Positions 17,597 through 27,050 of a stretch of 64,000 nt of DNA are shown in pieces (position 1 is the first letter of the stretch; each line of letters starts with the position of its first letter). Source of the stretch: a virus. Lineage: Duplodnaviria; Caudoviricetes. The stretch covers positions 1 through 64,000 of IMG/VR virus record IMGVR_UViG_2786546475_000015; one strand, written 5' to 3'. Below the pieces are notes generated by a model that saw only the letters and a program-made list of their open reading frames with translations, did no database searches and was not told the DNA's origin. The position numbers and the translations under genes are program-made.

Positions 17597-18253
17597 ATGA
17601 AAATTAGTAATGATACACTTGTAATCCTTAAAAACTTCTCTAAAATTCAACCGTGTATTTTATTGAAAGAGGGTTCTCGAATCAACACCATGAGTTTAGA
17701 TAAAAATCAATACGCTCATGCTACGATTCCAGATAAATTTGATCAAAACATGGGTATTTATGATTTGAAAGAATTTTTGGCTACGTTATCTTTGATTGAT
17801 GAACCAGAGATTGAAGTAGAATCAGATGGTCATGAAATCAAAATCAGCGACGGTCGTAGTACGTGTTTTTATGAATTATCAGACGAACGTATTATTTCAA
17901 CACCAAACCGATTTGTTGATTTAGAAGATGATGCTTTCGATGTTCATTTCGATTTGAAGTTTGCTGATTTGGCTAAGGTTATGAAAGCCGCCGAAAATAT
18001 GAAACTTAAATGGATTAGTGTTTTGGGTGAAAACGGTAAACTATTCTTAAAAGCGTTTGATAAAAATAACGAACGTAACAATGAATTTTTGGTAGAGATT
18101 GGTACTTTCGATGGTGATGACTTTCAAGCTATTATGAATATCAGTTACCTAGATGTTATTAATTTAGATTATCGTGTTAGTGTTAAAAAGGATAGTAAAA
18201 TTCGTTTAGAAAATCCAGCGGTTACTTATATTGTCGCGCTAGAGGTAGAATAA
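17597..18253 (+). CDS. 45: sliding clamp gp45
   Basis: MKISNDTLVILKNFSKI, GIYDLKEFL, YIVALE. Confidence 0.95.
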   Translation: MKISNDTLVILKNFSKIQPCILLKEGSRINTMSLDKNQYAHATIPDKFDQNMGIYDLKEFLATLSLIDEPEIEVESDGHEIKISDGRSTCFYELSDERIISTPNRFVDLEDDAFDVHFDLKFADLAKVMKAAENMKLKWISVLGENGKLFLKAFDKNNERNNEFLVEIGTFDGDDFQAIMNISYLDVINLDYRVSVKKDSKIRLENPAVTYIVALEVE

Positions 18254-19215
18254 TGCTTAGTGTAGATAAAAAATATGATATTTGGGAACAGAAGTATCGC
18301 CCACAGTCTATCGATGAAACTATTTTAACTAAAGAGTATAAAAAGAAATTCAAGGACATTCAAAATGGTGTCCTTGGTAACTTACTTTTGGTGTCAGAAA
18401 ATAGTGGTACTGGTAAGACTACGGTGGCGCGTATTTTGGCTCAAGATTATGACATGCTATTTTACAACACGTCAGATGTGAATATTAATACATTACGTAC
18501 TGATATTCGTCGTTTCGCGTCTACTAAATCTATTGATAGTGATGGTAAACGTGGTAAAGTGGTTATTTTTGACGAGTTCGATCGTGCTGGTAAGGATTTA
18601 CAAAAGTCTTTACGTTCATTTATCGAAGAAGTTAGTGGAAACTGTAAGTTCATTTTAACCGCTAACTACCCTAGTAACTTAATCAAAGCGATCCGCGATT
18701 CACGTTTTACCAGAATTGATTTCGTAACACCAGAAAAGCACAAAAAAGAACTTATGATGCAGATGATCAAACGTTCTTTAGCTATTTTGAAAAACGAGAA
18801 TATTTCTGTTGATGGTGATGTTAAGAAAAAGGTAGCTACCTTAGTTAAAAACAGTTTTCCAGACTTTAGACGTGTAGTACGAGAATTACAACATCATTCT
18901 ATGGGTGGTGAGTTATCAGATTCTATTCTTAACCAACGAGAAGAATCGGACTCACAATACGACGAGTTGTTTGAAGCTTTAAAAAGTAAAATGTTTAAAG
19001 ATATTCGTTCGTTCGTTCCTAAAGTAAGTGATAATTATGATAAATTCATCAATAGATTTTTTAAGGAATGTTTAGAACGTGTTGATGGTAGAACGTTGCC
19101 TAATGTTATCTTAGAAATTTATGACAATAACAAAACGGTTACGAATGCCGCGAATATAGACATTCACATCACTGGATTGTTAGTGTTTGTTATGATGGAA
19201 GCCAAATTTAAATAG
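18253..19215 (+). CDS. 44: clamp loader subunit gp44
   Basis: WEQKYRP, GTGKTT, DEFD, FPDFR. Confidence 0.96.
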   Translation: MLSVDKKYDIWEQKYRPQSIDETILTKEYKKKFKDIQNGVLGNLLLVSENSGTGKTTVARILAQDYDMLFYNTSDVNINTLRTDIRRFASTKSIDSDGKRGKVVIFDEFDRAGKDLQKSLRSFIEEVSGNCKFILTANYPSNLIKAIRDSRFTRIDFVTPEKHKKELMMQMIKRSLAILKNENISVDGDVKKKVATLVKNSFPDFRRVVRELQHHSMGGELSDSILNQREESDSQYDELFEALKSKMFKDIRSFVPKVSDNYDKFINRFFKECLERVDGRTLPNVILEIYDNNKTVTNAANIDIHITGLLVFVMMEAKFK

Positions 19216-19222
19216 AGGTATC

Positions 19223-19801
19223 ATGTTAGATATTCTAAATGATAGTGAGTCAATCAAAACACATGGTTGGCTCACTAATGATAAAGACGCTATCAAAGAA
19301 CATAGTAAACAGTTTACGGATAAAGACGAACAAGATAGTTCATTACTATTTAACGCTATCGAAAAAATTGGCTACACCAAAGAGGATATAGAGTTTACCG
19401 AAGATACTGGATGGTATAACTCATTTTTTATTAATAACGCATTTTCGCAACATATCGATACCGCGTTATATGCTTTTGAAATGAATATCCGACCAGATAT
19501 GCCTAATGAGTGGCATTACCATTATCTTAAAAACTCGATTAAGGCGTATAAACGTAGGGGTAAGTGGGCTAAGTTAGAGGATGACGTAGAAAAGATCTTA
19601 TTGACGTATGTTTTCGCTAAAAGCCAAGATATCAATCGGGATAAGGCTAAAGAATACATCGATACTATGCCTAAACAGTTCATAGACGACTTTAAACGTA
19701 GAAATAAGGCTATCGCATTAACCGATGCAGATATGGTCTTAAAACGATTCCCAAAGAAAGAGATTAACAAAGCTAAGAAGGCTGTTAAAGATAACTGGTA
19801 A
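19223..19801 (+). CDS. 62: clamp loader subunit gp62
   Basis: YNSFFINNAFSQHID, KRRGKWAK; synteny. Confidence 0.92.
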   Translation: MLDILNDSESIKTHGWLTNDKDAIKEHSKQFTDKDEQDSSLLFNAIEKIGYTKEDIEFTEDTGWYNSFFINNAFSQHIDTALYAFEMNIRPDMPNEWHYHYLKNSIKAYKRRGKWAKLEDDVEKILLTYVFAKSQDINRDKAKEYIDTMPKQFIDDFKRRNKAIALTDADMVLKRFPKKEINKAKKAVKDNW

Positions 19802-19833
19802 TAAATAAGGGTGTAGTTAACATGGGATAAATT

Positions 19834-20202
19834 ATGATTAAAATAAAATTAGAAAAAGATTTCAATGTTGTAGCTGAAACCCTAACCAGAATCGGTATTG
19901 CTAATAACAGAACACGAAAGTTATATCAAAGTTGCCATATTTTACATAAGCGTGGCGAATATTATATCGTTCATTTCAAAGAAATGTTAAAACTTGATGG
20001 TCGTCGGGTGAATATTTCAGAAGAAGATATTTTCAGACGCGATGATATCGCTAACTTACTACATGAGTGGGGATTGATTAACATAATCGATTCGGTAGCT
20101 GATGTATGTAGTGACCGACCGCGAAATTGCTTTCGTGTAATTGGTTTTAGAGATAAACAAAATTGGAAATTGATACAAAATTATCAAATCGGATCTAAAT
20201 AG
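19834..20202 (+). CDS. regA: translational repressor RegA
   Basis: ETLTRIGIA, LYQSCHILHKRG.YYIVHFKE. Confidence 0.97.
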   Translation: MIKIKLEKDFNVVAETLTRIGIANNRTRKLYQSCHILHKRGEYYIVHFKEMLKLDGRRVNISEEDIFRRDDIANLLHEWGLINIIDSVADVCSDRPRNCFRVIGFRDKQNWKLIQNYQIGSK

Positions 20203-20263
20203 CCTTGCAACACGCAAGGCTTTTTGCTATCATGGGTTTGTTGATTGATAACTAGGAGATAGC
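20201..20263 (+). promoter_or_regulatory. PeSL-like cassette, copy 2
   Basis: agccttgc-aacac-gcaaggct-tttt, TG-c-TATCAT, gggtttgttga, aggag. Confidence 0.85.
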
Positions 20264-20839
20264 ATGACTGAACAAGAAGTAATCGATTTCGCAGAAGAAC
20301 GTATTGAATATTGGTTTGATCGTTTTGGTATCAATCGAAAGCCTTATAAAATTTGTGTTGGTGATACTAACATAGCGCGTGGTCGGTTCAAATCCAATGG
20401 ATATGCATACGGTATATGTGATGATAATATTGGATTAATTGTTATCGATTATAGACATGTAGAAACGGGTACAGAAGAAATGATTAAAGATACTGTACTA
20501 CATGAAATAGCCCATGCCATTGATAAACAATATAACGGTTATAGTAGTGGTCATGGTCGTAATTGGAAACGTATCGCCTGTATTGTTGGTGCTACACCAA
20601 AGGCTAAATCAAAAGACACTAAAGAAGGTTTGTTAAAACGTATTAGTAATGCTAAGTACGCTATCATAGATAAGCGAAATCCCACAAAACCGATAAGTTA
20701 TTGTCAACGTCGATTAAAAAATCTACACAATCGATACTACCCGAATGATCCTTCTGGTAAGGGTAATCTTTACTTAGTAGAAAGTGGTTATTTTATGACA
20801 GGCGATGTAGATGTTATTTTGAAGAAAATGTTTCGATAA
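20264..20839 (+). CDS. SprT-like zinc metalloprotease
   Basis: TVLHEIAHA...GHGRNWK. Confidence 0.85.
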   Translation: MTEQEVIDFAEERIEYWFDRFGINRKPYKICVGDTNIARGRFKSNGYAYGICDDNIGLIVIDYRHVETGTEEMIKDTVLHEIAHAIDKQYNGYSSGHGRNWKRIACIVGATPKAKSKDTKEGLLKRISNAKYAIIDKRNPTKPISYCQRRLKNLHNRYYPNDPSGKGNLYLVESGYFMTGDVDVILKKMFR

Positions 20840-20867
20840 AGTTCTTAAAAATTAATCGTATGTTATT

Positions 20868-20900
20868 ATGTGGGTGTCACTAAATTAGTGGCGCTCACAT
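20868..20900 (+). promoter_or_regulatory. hairpin upstream of gene 43 (translational operator and/or terminator)
   Basis: atgtgggtgtcacta/tagtggcgctcacat with several G-U pairs, ~10 nt before the gaggt RBS. Confidence 0.6.
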
Positions 20901-20922
20901 TTTTATATATGAGGTAATTAAA

Positions 20923-23493
20923 TTGTTTTATACAGACATTGAAATTAGTAAGGGTAAGGTCGTAGAACGATACATCGATAAAGATGGTGGCGATCACGCT
21001 CGACGCGTTAATTTCGAACCCACATTCTATTATCCGCATGACAAAGGCGAGTATAAAGATATATTCGGTAATAGAGTTAAAGAAAAGGTATTCGATAACA
21101 TTTCACAAAGCCGAAAATGGCGTAAAGAAATGTCAGATGTTGATATTTCGGTTCTTGGAATGGACGATTACAAACTTCAATACATCGCTAATACATACGA
21201 AGATGAAATTGAATTTAATATCAATTATATCCGTATAGCTATTTTCGATATCGAGGTTAAATCAAGTGATGGATTCCCTAAACCAGAAGAAGCCGCCCAT
21301 CCGATAGATAGTATCACACATTATGATAGTATAGAAGATAAATATTTCGTTTATGCTTTGTATGATTGGGATGAATACTTATCCCGCGAACGTATGGATA
21401 TCACCGAAGATGTGATCGATAAAGTTGTATTTCATAAACTTGGTTCTGAACTTGAGTTGTTACAAAAATACAAAACAGACTGGTGTAGCCGTTACCCACA
21501 CGTATTAACTGGTTGGAACAGCGAAACGTTCGATATTCCATATATCATTAATCGCTATGACGTATTGTTGGGTGAAGGAACGGCTAAGTTTTTAAGTCCG
21601 TGGAAAAAAATTACATCAAAAGATACCAGAGATAAATTTGGTAATCCTATTCGTGTTTATAAAATTGGCGGCGTGTCGTGTATCGATTATCTAGCCGCTT
21701 ATAAAAAATTCGTATTAGAGCCTAGAAAGAGTTACAAACTTGATCACATCGCAGAAGTAGAATTAGGTGATAATAAGGTTGAATACGAAGGTAAATTACA
21801 TGAGTTATCAGAAACAGATCCACAAAAATACGTAGATTACAACATTAAAGACGTTAGTATTATCGTTGGTTTGGATAATAAACGTAAACTATTCCAATTG
21901 ATCTTTGAGTTGGCTTATTACGCACGTTGTAGTTTCGAAGATACATTGGGTACTATCAAAATTTGGGATGCTATCATCTATAATTCTTTACGTAGAGAGA
22001 ATATCGCTATCCCACCTATTAAAAAGCATGATAAAGCTCATTTTGAGGGTGCATTTGTAAAAGAACCTGTTGTTGGTATCTATGATTGGGTTATGAGTTT
22101 TGACTTAACATCACTATATCCTCATATCATGATGCAGTGGAATATCAGCTTAGAAACATTTGTTCGTAGAGAAGATGAACAGAGTATTTTAGCGTTTGCT
22201 AATAAATCGGCTGAAATTGATTATCCAGAATACGCTTATAATCCTAGTGGTAGCCTGTATAGAAAAGATATCAAAGGCGTTATCCCACGTGAAGTAGAAA
22301 AGGTATTCATCCATCGTAAAGAGCATAAAAACAAAGAATTTGAAGCTAACAAAAAAGCTGAACAATGTAAATTAGATGGTGATATGAAAGGATACGAGCA
22401 TTGGAAAAATATCGAATCCGCTGAACATATCGCTCAATGGTCACGTAAAATTTTGATCAACGGTTTGTATGGCGCTACTGGTAATAAGTATTTCCGTTAC
22501 TATCGTGTGGAAAACGCGGCATCTACTACGGCTGGTGCTCAACTAGCTATTCGCTGGATTGAACGTAAATTGAATGAATATATGAATCGTGTTGTAGGTA
22601 CAACCAATAAAAACTACGTAATCTACATCGATACAGATAGTGTGTATATTCAGATGAAACCTTTATTAGAAAAAATGTTGGCTAAGAAAGGTAAGAAAAT
22701 TGGCGATTTAGAAAAAATTAAGATCGTAGATTTTCTAGATAATGTAGGTAAAAAGAAAATCGAACCGTACATCAAAAAATCATACCAAGAAATGGCTGAT
22801 TATACCAATTCGTATGAGCAAAAAATGTTCATGGATAGAGAAGCTATTGCAAGTCGTGGGTTTTGGACAGCTAAAAAACGTTATGCTCTTATGGTGTGGG
22901 ATAACGAAGGTAAGCGTAAATTTGATGAAAACGGTAATGTTATTCCGTCTAAGAAAGTTATCGGTTTAGAGACTAGAAAGGCGGGTACACCAAACGCGGT
23001 TATTCCAGCGTTAGAAAAATCATATGACATTCTTTTGACTTCTGATGACAACCAAGATTTGGTAGATCATTACGAATCATTCAAGAAAGAGTATATGAAA
23101 AAAGATGTATCAGAAATGGTACAAGTGAGTGGCGTTAATAACATTAAGAAATATAGTCGTAACGGATTCCCGATAAAGGGTACACCGCATAATGTTAAAG
23201 CCGCCCTATTCTTTAATAGGTTAGCCGAGGAACATGGTATACCACCTATCAAAGATGGTGAGAAAATTTGTATGCTTAATATCAAGTATCCAAATCCATA
23301 TAATGAAAAGAAAATCGCTTGGGTTAGTGGCGATAAACTACCAGAGGAATTCAATTTAGACTTGAGTATGTTGGTTGATAAAAAAGCCATGTTTGATAAC
23401 ACGTTCACAAGTCCTATCGAGAATATCTGTAAGGTAACTAATTGGTCTTATGAGAAACAATCGCCCACATTAGGTGATACATTGGGGATTTAG
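20923..23493 (+). CDS. 43: family B DNA polymerase gp43 (TTG start)
   Basis: FDIEV exo I, SFDLTSLYP, KILINGLYG, YIDTDS. Confidence 0.98.
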   Translation: MFYTDIEISKGKVVERYIDKDGGDHARRVNFEPTFYYPHDKGEYKDIFGNRVKEKVFDNISQSRKWRKEMSDVDISVLGMDDYKLQYIANTYEDEIEFNINYIRIAIFDIEVKSSDGFPKPEEAAHPIDSITHYDSIEDKYFVYALYDWDEYLSRERMDITEDVIDKVVFHKLGSELELLQKYKTDWCSRYPHVLTGWNSETFDIPYIINRYDVLLGEGTAKFLSPWKKITSKDTRDKFGNPIRVYKIGGVSCIDYLAAYKKFVLEPRKSYKLDHIAEVELGDNKVEYEGKLHELSETDPQKYVDYNIKDVSIIVGLDNKRKLFQLIFELAYYARCSFEDTLGTIKIWDAIIYNSLRRENIAIPPIKKHDKAHFEGAFVKEPVVGIYDWVMSFDLTSLYPHIMMQWNISLETFVRREDEQSILAFANKSAEIDYPEYAYNPSGSLYRKDIKGVIPREVEKVFIHRKEHKNKEFEANKKAEQCKLDGDMKGYEHWKNIESAEHIAQWSRKILINGLYGATGNKYFRYYRVENAASTTAGAQLAIRWIERKLNEYMNRVVGTTNKNYVIYIDTDSVYIQMKPLLEKMLAKKGKKIGDLEKIKIVDFLDNVGKKKIEPYIKKSYQEMADYTNSYEQKMFMDREAIASRGFWTAKKRYALMVWDNEGKRKFDENGNVIPSKKVIGLETRKAGTPNAVIPALEKSYDILLTSDDNQDLVDHYESFKKEYMKKDVSEMVQVSGVNNIKKYSRNGFPIKGTPHNVKAALFFNRLAEEHGIPPIKDGEKICMLNIKYPNPYNEKKIAWVSGDKLPEEFNLDLSMLVDKKAMFDNTFTSPIENICKVTNWSYEKQSPTLGDTLGI

Positions 23494-23548
23494 TATAATT
23501 CCCTATTTTTTGGTATATAATCGTAGTACTCAACTAAGAGGTTATTAA

Positions 23549-24628
23549 ATGAGTGCATTAGAAAAACTATTAAATTCTAGTAAAAACGAACACGCCGCTA
23601 TTCTATCAGAATCGGAATTCTTTGAAAAGCGTAGTCCTGTAAGAACTAAAGCGGCAACGCTAAATATCGCTTTAAGTGGCGATATGGCTGGTGGTCTTAC
23701 AAGCGGTTTAACCGTATTGGCTGGACCATCTAAGCATTTTAAATCAAACATCGGTCTAACCGCTATCAGTGCTTATATGAAAAAATATAAAGAAGCTGTA
23801 TGTATCTTCTATGATTCGGAAGGTGGTGTGACTAAAGCATACCTTAATTCTATGGGTGTTGATCCATCACGTATCATGCATGTTCCGATTAAAAACATCG
23901 AACAGTTGAAATTTGAAATGATGAATCAGTTAGAAGCGTTAGAACGTGGTGATGATGTTATCATTTTCGTTGATAGTATTGGTAACTTGGCTTCAAAGAA
24001 AGAAGCGGAAGATGCTAAAGACAATAAATCAGCGGCAGACATGACACGTGCTAAAGAAATTAAGTCTTTATTCCGTGTTATTACACCATATTTCCAACAT
24101 TTAGACATTCCCGGAATTATGATCGCTCATACGTACGATACAATGGAAATGTTTTCTAAGAAAGTAGTAGGCGGTGGTCAAGGTGTTATGTTAAGTGCTG
24201 ATACCGTGTTGATTATCGGTCGTCAACAAGATAAAGATCAAAAGACTAAAGAGATTAAAGGTTGGGATTTCATTCTAAACATCGAAAAATCTAGGTTTGT
24301 TAAAGAGAAAATGAAAGTTCCTTTAGTCGTTAAGTATGATAAAGGTATTGATATATTTGGCGGTCTTTTGGATATAGCAACCGATTTAGGATTTGTTGAG
24401 CGTCCTACTACACAATCATACAATCGAGTTTTCATCGATGAAGAAACTGGCGAACGTACGGTAGAAGAACGCAAGTGGAAAAAGAAAGAAATCAACGGTA
24501 AAGAATTTTGGTCGGATCTAGTTAAACATAAACCGTTTAGGGATGCGATTAAAGCACATTACCAGTTAGGTGAAGAAGCTGTTGATGAACAAGATAAAGA
24601 TGATATTGACGATATTATAGGTGAATAA
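23549..24628 (+). CDS. uvsX: RecA-like recombinase UvsX
   Basis: LAGPSKHFKS, YDSE, DSIGNLASKKE. Confidence 0.97.
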   Translation: MSALEKLLNSSKNEHAAILSESEFFEKRSPVRTKAATLNIALSGDMAGGLTSGLTVLAGPSKHFKSNIGLTAISAYMKKYKEAVCIFYDSEGGVTKAYLNSMGVDPSRIMHVPIKNIEQLKFEMMNQLEALERGDDVIIFVDSIGNLASKKEAEDAKDNKSAADMTRAKEIKSLFRVITPYFQHLDIPGIMIAHTYDTMEMFSKKVVGGGQGVMLSADTVLIIGRQQDKDQKTKEIKGWDFILNIEKSRFVKEKMKVPLVVKYDKGIDIFGGLLDIATDLGFVERPTTQSYNRVFIDEETGERTVEERKWKKKEINGKEFWSDLVKHKPFRDAIKAHYQLGEEAVDEQDKDDIDDIIGE

Positions 24629-24822
24629 TGGAATTTTTGAGTTTATTACTATCAATTGGATTAATTGTATTAATTTTTGCGTCTTTGTTTAAAATTTGTC
24701 GCAAATTGAAATACTCTAAAGGTATGAGTGCTTTATTAACTGTATTATTGTTCATTCCGTTTATCGGTATGGTAACATTAATCTACTTAGGGTTCTCCAA
24801 ACAACGAGGTAGCGGCGAGTAA
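24628..24822 (+). CDS. small two-TM membrane protein
   Basis: Hydrophobic segments, IPFIG; followed by hairpin 24811-24837. Confidence 0.65.
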   Translation: MEFLSLLLSIGLIVLIFASLFKICRKLKYSKGMSALLTVLLFIPFIGMVTLIYLGFSKQRGSGE

Positions 24823-24837
24823 TCGCCGTTTTCTTTT

Positions 24838-25254
24838 ATGGAACAGAAATACGACGAAGATCTAGAGCAAAACGAACTGTACGACGATGTAAGCGATTCT
24901 GTTGATGATGTTGAACGCTCACAAGATATCGCAGAAAAAACGTCGGAGAATTACAAACGAGCGTTTTTAGAAGCCGAAAACAATAGCGATCTAAGTATAG
25001 TTATTGATGATATAGTCGTTTATGTCAATTTCAAAGAATCGTTGAATGGTAAAACTAGTTTTGAGTGGTTTACGCTACACAAAATTGAAGATAATCAAAG
25101 AAACGAATTAGAAAAACATTTACGCGATGCAATGGGTAAAGTTGCGCGTGGTGAATTTAAGGTAGAAGGTGCTAATAAGTGGTCATTACGAAAACAATTT
25201 TCTCGAATTTATTCAGCAATAGGGAATACTTTAAAAAGGTTTTTCCGTACTTAA
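24838..25254 (+). CDS. 40: head vertex/portal assembly chaperone gp40-like
   Basis: Acidic N-terminus, IVVYV..WFT; position between uvsX and 41. Confidence 0.7.
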   Translation: MEQKYDEDLEQNELYDDVSDSVDDVERSQDIAEKTSENYKRAFLEAENNSDLSIVIDDIVVYVNFKESLNGKTSFEWFTLHKIEDNQRNELEKHLRDAMGKVARGEFKVEGANKWSLRKQFSRIYSAIGNTLKRFFRT

Positions 25255-26561
25255 AGAACGAATATTTCGAAAATCCTGTTGATAGAGCTATATTTAAATT
25301 AATCAAACAGCATGTTATCGATAACAGAGCTATTCCATCACCTAATGCTATTAAAGTAGCATTCGAACGGTCTGATTATAGCGAAAAGGTTGTAGAAGAA
25401 GCGTTTAAAACTTTACGTAGCTTAGAAAAAGTACCAGAAGATTTAGAATGGATCGTTAAAGAAACAGAAAAATTCTGTAAAGAAATGGCGATGGATGATG
25501 CTATTAAGCGTTCTATCGAAATACAGAATAATGCGGAGAAAGAACCGAGTAAGCGCGATAAACGCATTCCAGATATTGGTACTATACCAGAATTAATGCA
25601 AAAAGCATTAGCGGTTAGTTTCGATTCGTCTATCGGTATGGACTGGAACGAAGATTATGTAGCCCGATTCAAATCTTACCAAGATAAAGCTGATAAAATA
25701 CCGTTTAAACTTGATATTCTTAATAGGATTACCAAAGGTGGTGTAGAACGTGGTACACTGAATATCATTCTTGCGGGTGTTAACGTGGGTAAATCATTAG
25801 GTATGTGTTCGTTAGCTACTGATTATATTCTTGATGGTTGGAATGTTTTATACATCACAATGGAAATGTCAGAAGAAATGGTAGGTAAACGTATCGACGC
25901 TAATATGATTGATGTTGATATGGATGATTTTGATACGTTAACTGAATCTGAATTCATTAAGCGTTTGAAGCGTAAAAACATCGACCAAATCGGTAAGTTA
26001 AAAGTAAAACGTTATCCTACTGGTGGCGCTAACTGTAACCATTTTAGAAACTTATTAGATGATCTACGTACTAAGCAAGATTTTAAACCCGATGTGGTGA
26101 TGGTCGATTACTTAGGTATTTGTTCAAGCTCGCGTATGCGTTATAGTGAAAATAGTTATACGTTAGTAAAAGCTATTGCAGAAGAAGTACGTGGTTTGGC
26201 TGTTGAATATGATTACGCTTGTTGGTCGGGCGCACAATTGAACCGTGAAGGTGCTAAATCAAGTGATGTTGATATGACTGATACCGCAGAATCTTTTGGT
26301 TTGCCAGCAACCGCCGATTTCATGTTAGCGGGTGTAGAAACCGATGAATTAGCCCAAATGGGTGTACAGTTATTCAAACAAGTAAAATCTCGCTATGGTG
26401 ATAAGAATAAAATATCTAAATTTAAATTGGGTGTGTTAAAAGGTCGTCAGCGTTGGTATGAAAAAGCTGATCCAGAACAAGAAGCTCAAGTAGAAAAGGA
26501 TGATAACACCAGACGTTCTAAAATGGATAACATAGATGGTGGCGATATTCAATGGAATTGA
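25179..26561 (+). CDS. 41: replicative helicase gp41
   Basis: LAGVNVGKSL, YITMEM, VDYLGI, AESFGLPATAD, KSRYGD. Confidence 0.97.
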   Translation: MVITKTIFSNLFSNREYFKKVFPYLKNEYFENPVDRAIFKLIKQHVIDNRAIPSPNAIKVAFERSDYSEKVVEEAFKTLRSLEKVPEDLEWIVKETEKFCKEMAMDDAIKRSIEIQNNAEKEPSKRDKRIPDIGTIPELMQKALAVSFDSSIGMDWNEDYVARFKSYQDKADKIPFKLDILNRITKGGVERGTLNIILAGVNVGKSLGMCSLATDYILDGWNVLYITMEMSEEMVGKRIDANMIDVDMDDFDTLTESEFIKRLKRKNIDQIGKLKVKRYPTGGANCNHFRNLLDDLRTKQDFKPDVVMVDYLGICSSSRMRYSENSYTLVKAIAEEVRGLAVEYDYACWSGAQLNREGAKSSDVDMTDTAESFGLPATADFMLAGVETDELAQMGVQLFKQVKSRYGDKNKISKFKLGVLKGRQRWYEKADPEQEAQVEKDDNTRRSKMDNIDGGDIQWN

Positions 26562-26569
26562 TATAAATA
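26562..26569 (+). promoter_or_regulatory. canonical T4 late promoter TATAAATA
   Basis: Exact consensus 20 nt before the ORF at 26589. Confidence 0.8.
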
Positions 26570-26588
26570 CTAATAAAGGGGTATTTAT

Positions 26589-27050
26589 ATGGTAAGAAAT
26601 GTATTAGCGGTCTATTTCGCAGGACAGTTTATTAACCTACTGCGAAAAGACTTTAGAGAATGGAAAGCGTACCGTTATGGAATCATCGACGATAAAGGTG
26701 ATGTAGTACGCGAACCAAAAAACGAAAAAGAGAAGAAAGTGTGGACGCGTATTCATAGATTGGTCGCCGCTGTTAAGCAACCATTAGAAAAGGTTGCTGG
26801 TGGTACAACTATTGCATCCGTTTACGCTGGTTACAAAACCTTTGTAGAGCAATACGAAATTGACGAAGAAAGTGAACAGATGATATTAAATTCTAATAAG
26901 AGTTTACATGAAGCTGTTGTAGCTGGCGATTATGGTGGTAATCCAGATAATATCGCTAAAGGTCAAAATAGTGGCGCTGTTACTGGTGGTGTATGCCGCA
27001 AAAGAAAAGGTTTTAAGGACTGGATCGATTTGGATAATCCTAAAATATGA
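26589..27050 (+). CDS. conserved T4-like late protein (gp61.1-like)
   Basis: FINLL..F.EWKAY..GIID.KG motif; position between 41 and 61. Confidence 0.65.
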   Translation: MVRNVLAVYFAGQFINLLRKDFREWKAYRYGIIDDKGDVVREPKNEKEKKVWTRIHRLVAAVKQPLEKVAGGTTIASVYAGYKTFVEQYEIDEESEQMILNSNKSLHEAVVAGDYGGNPDNIAKGQNSGAVTGGVCRKRKGFKDWIDLDNPKI

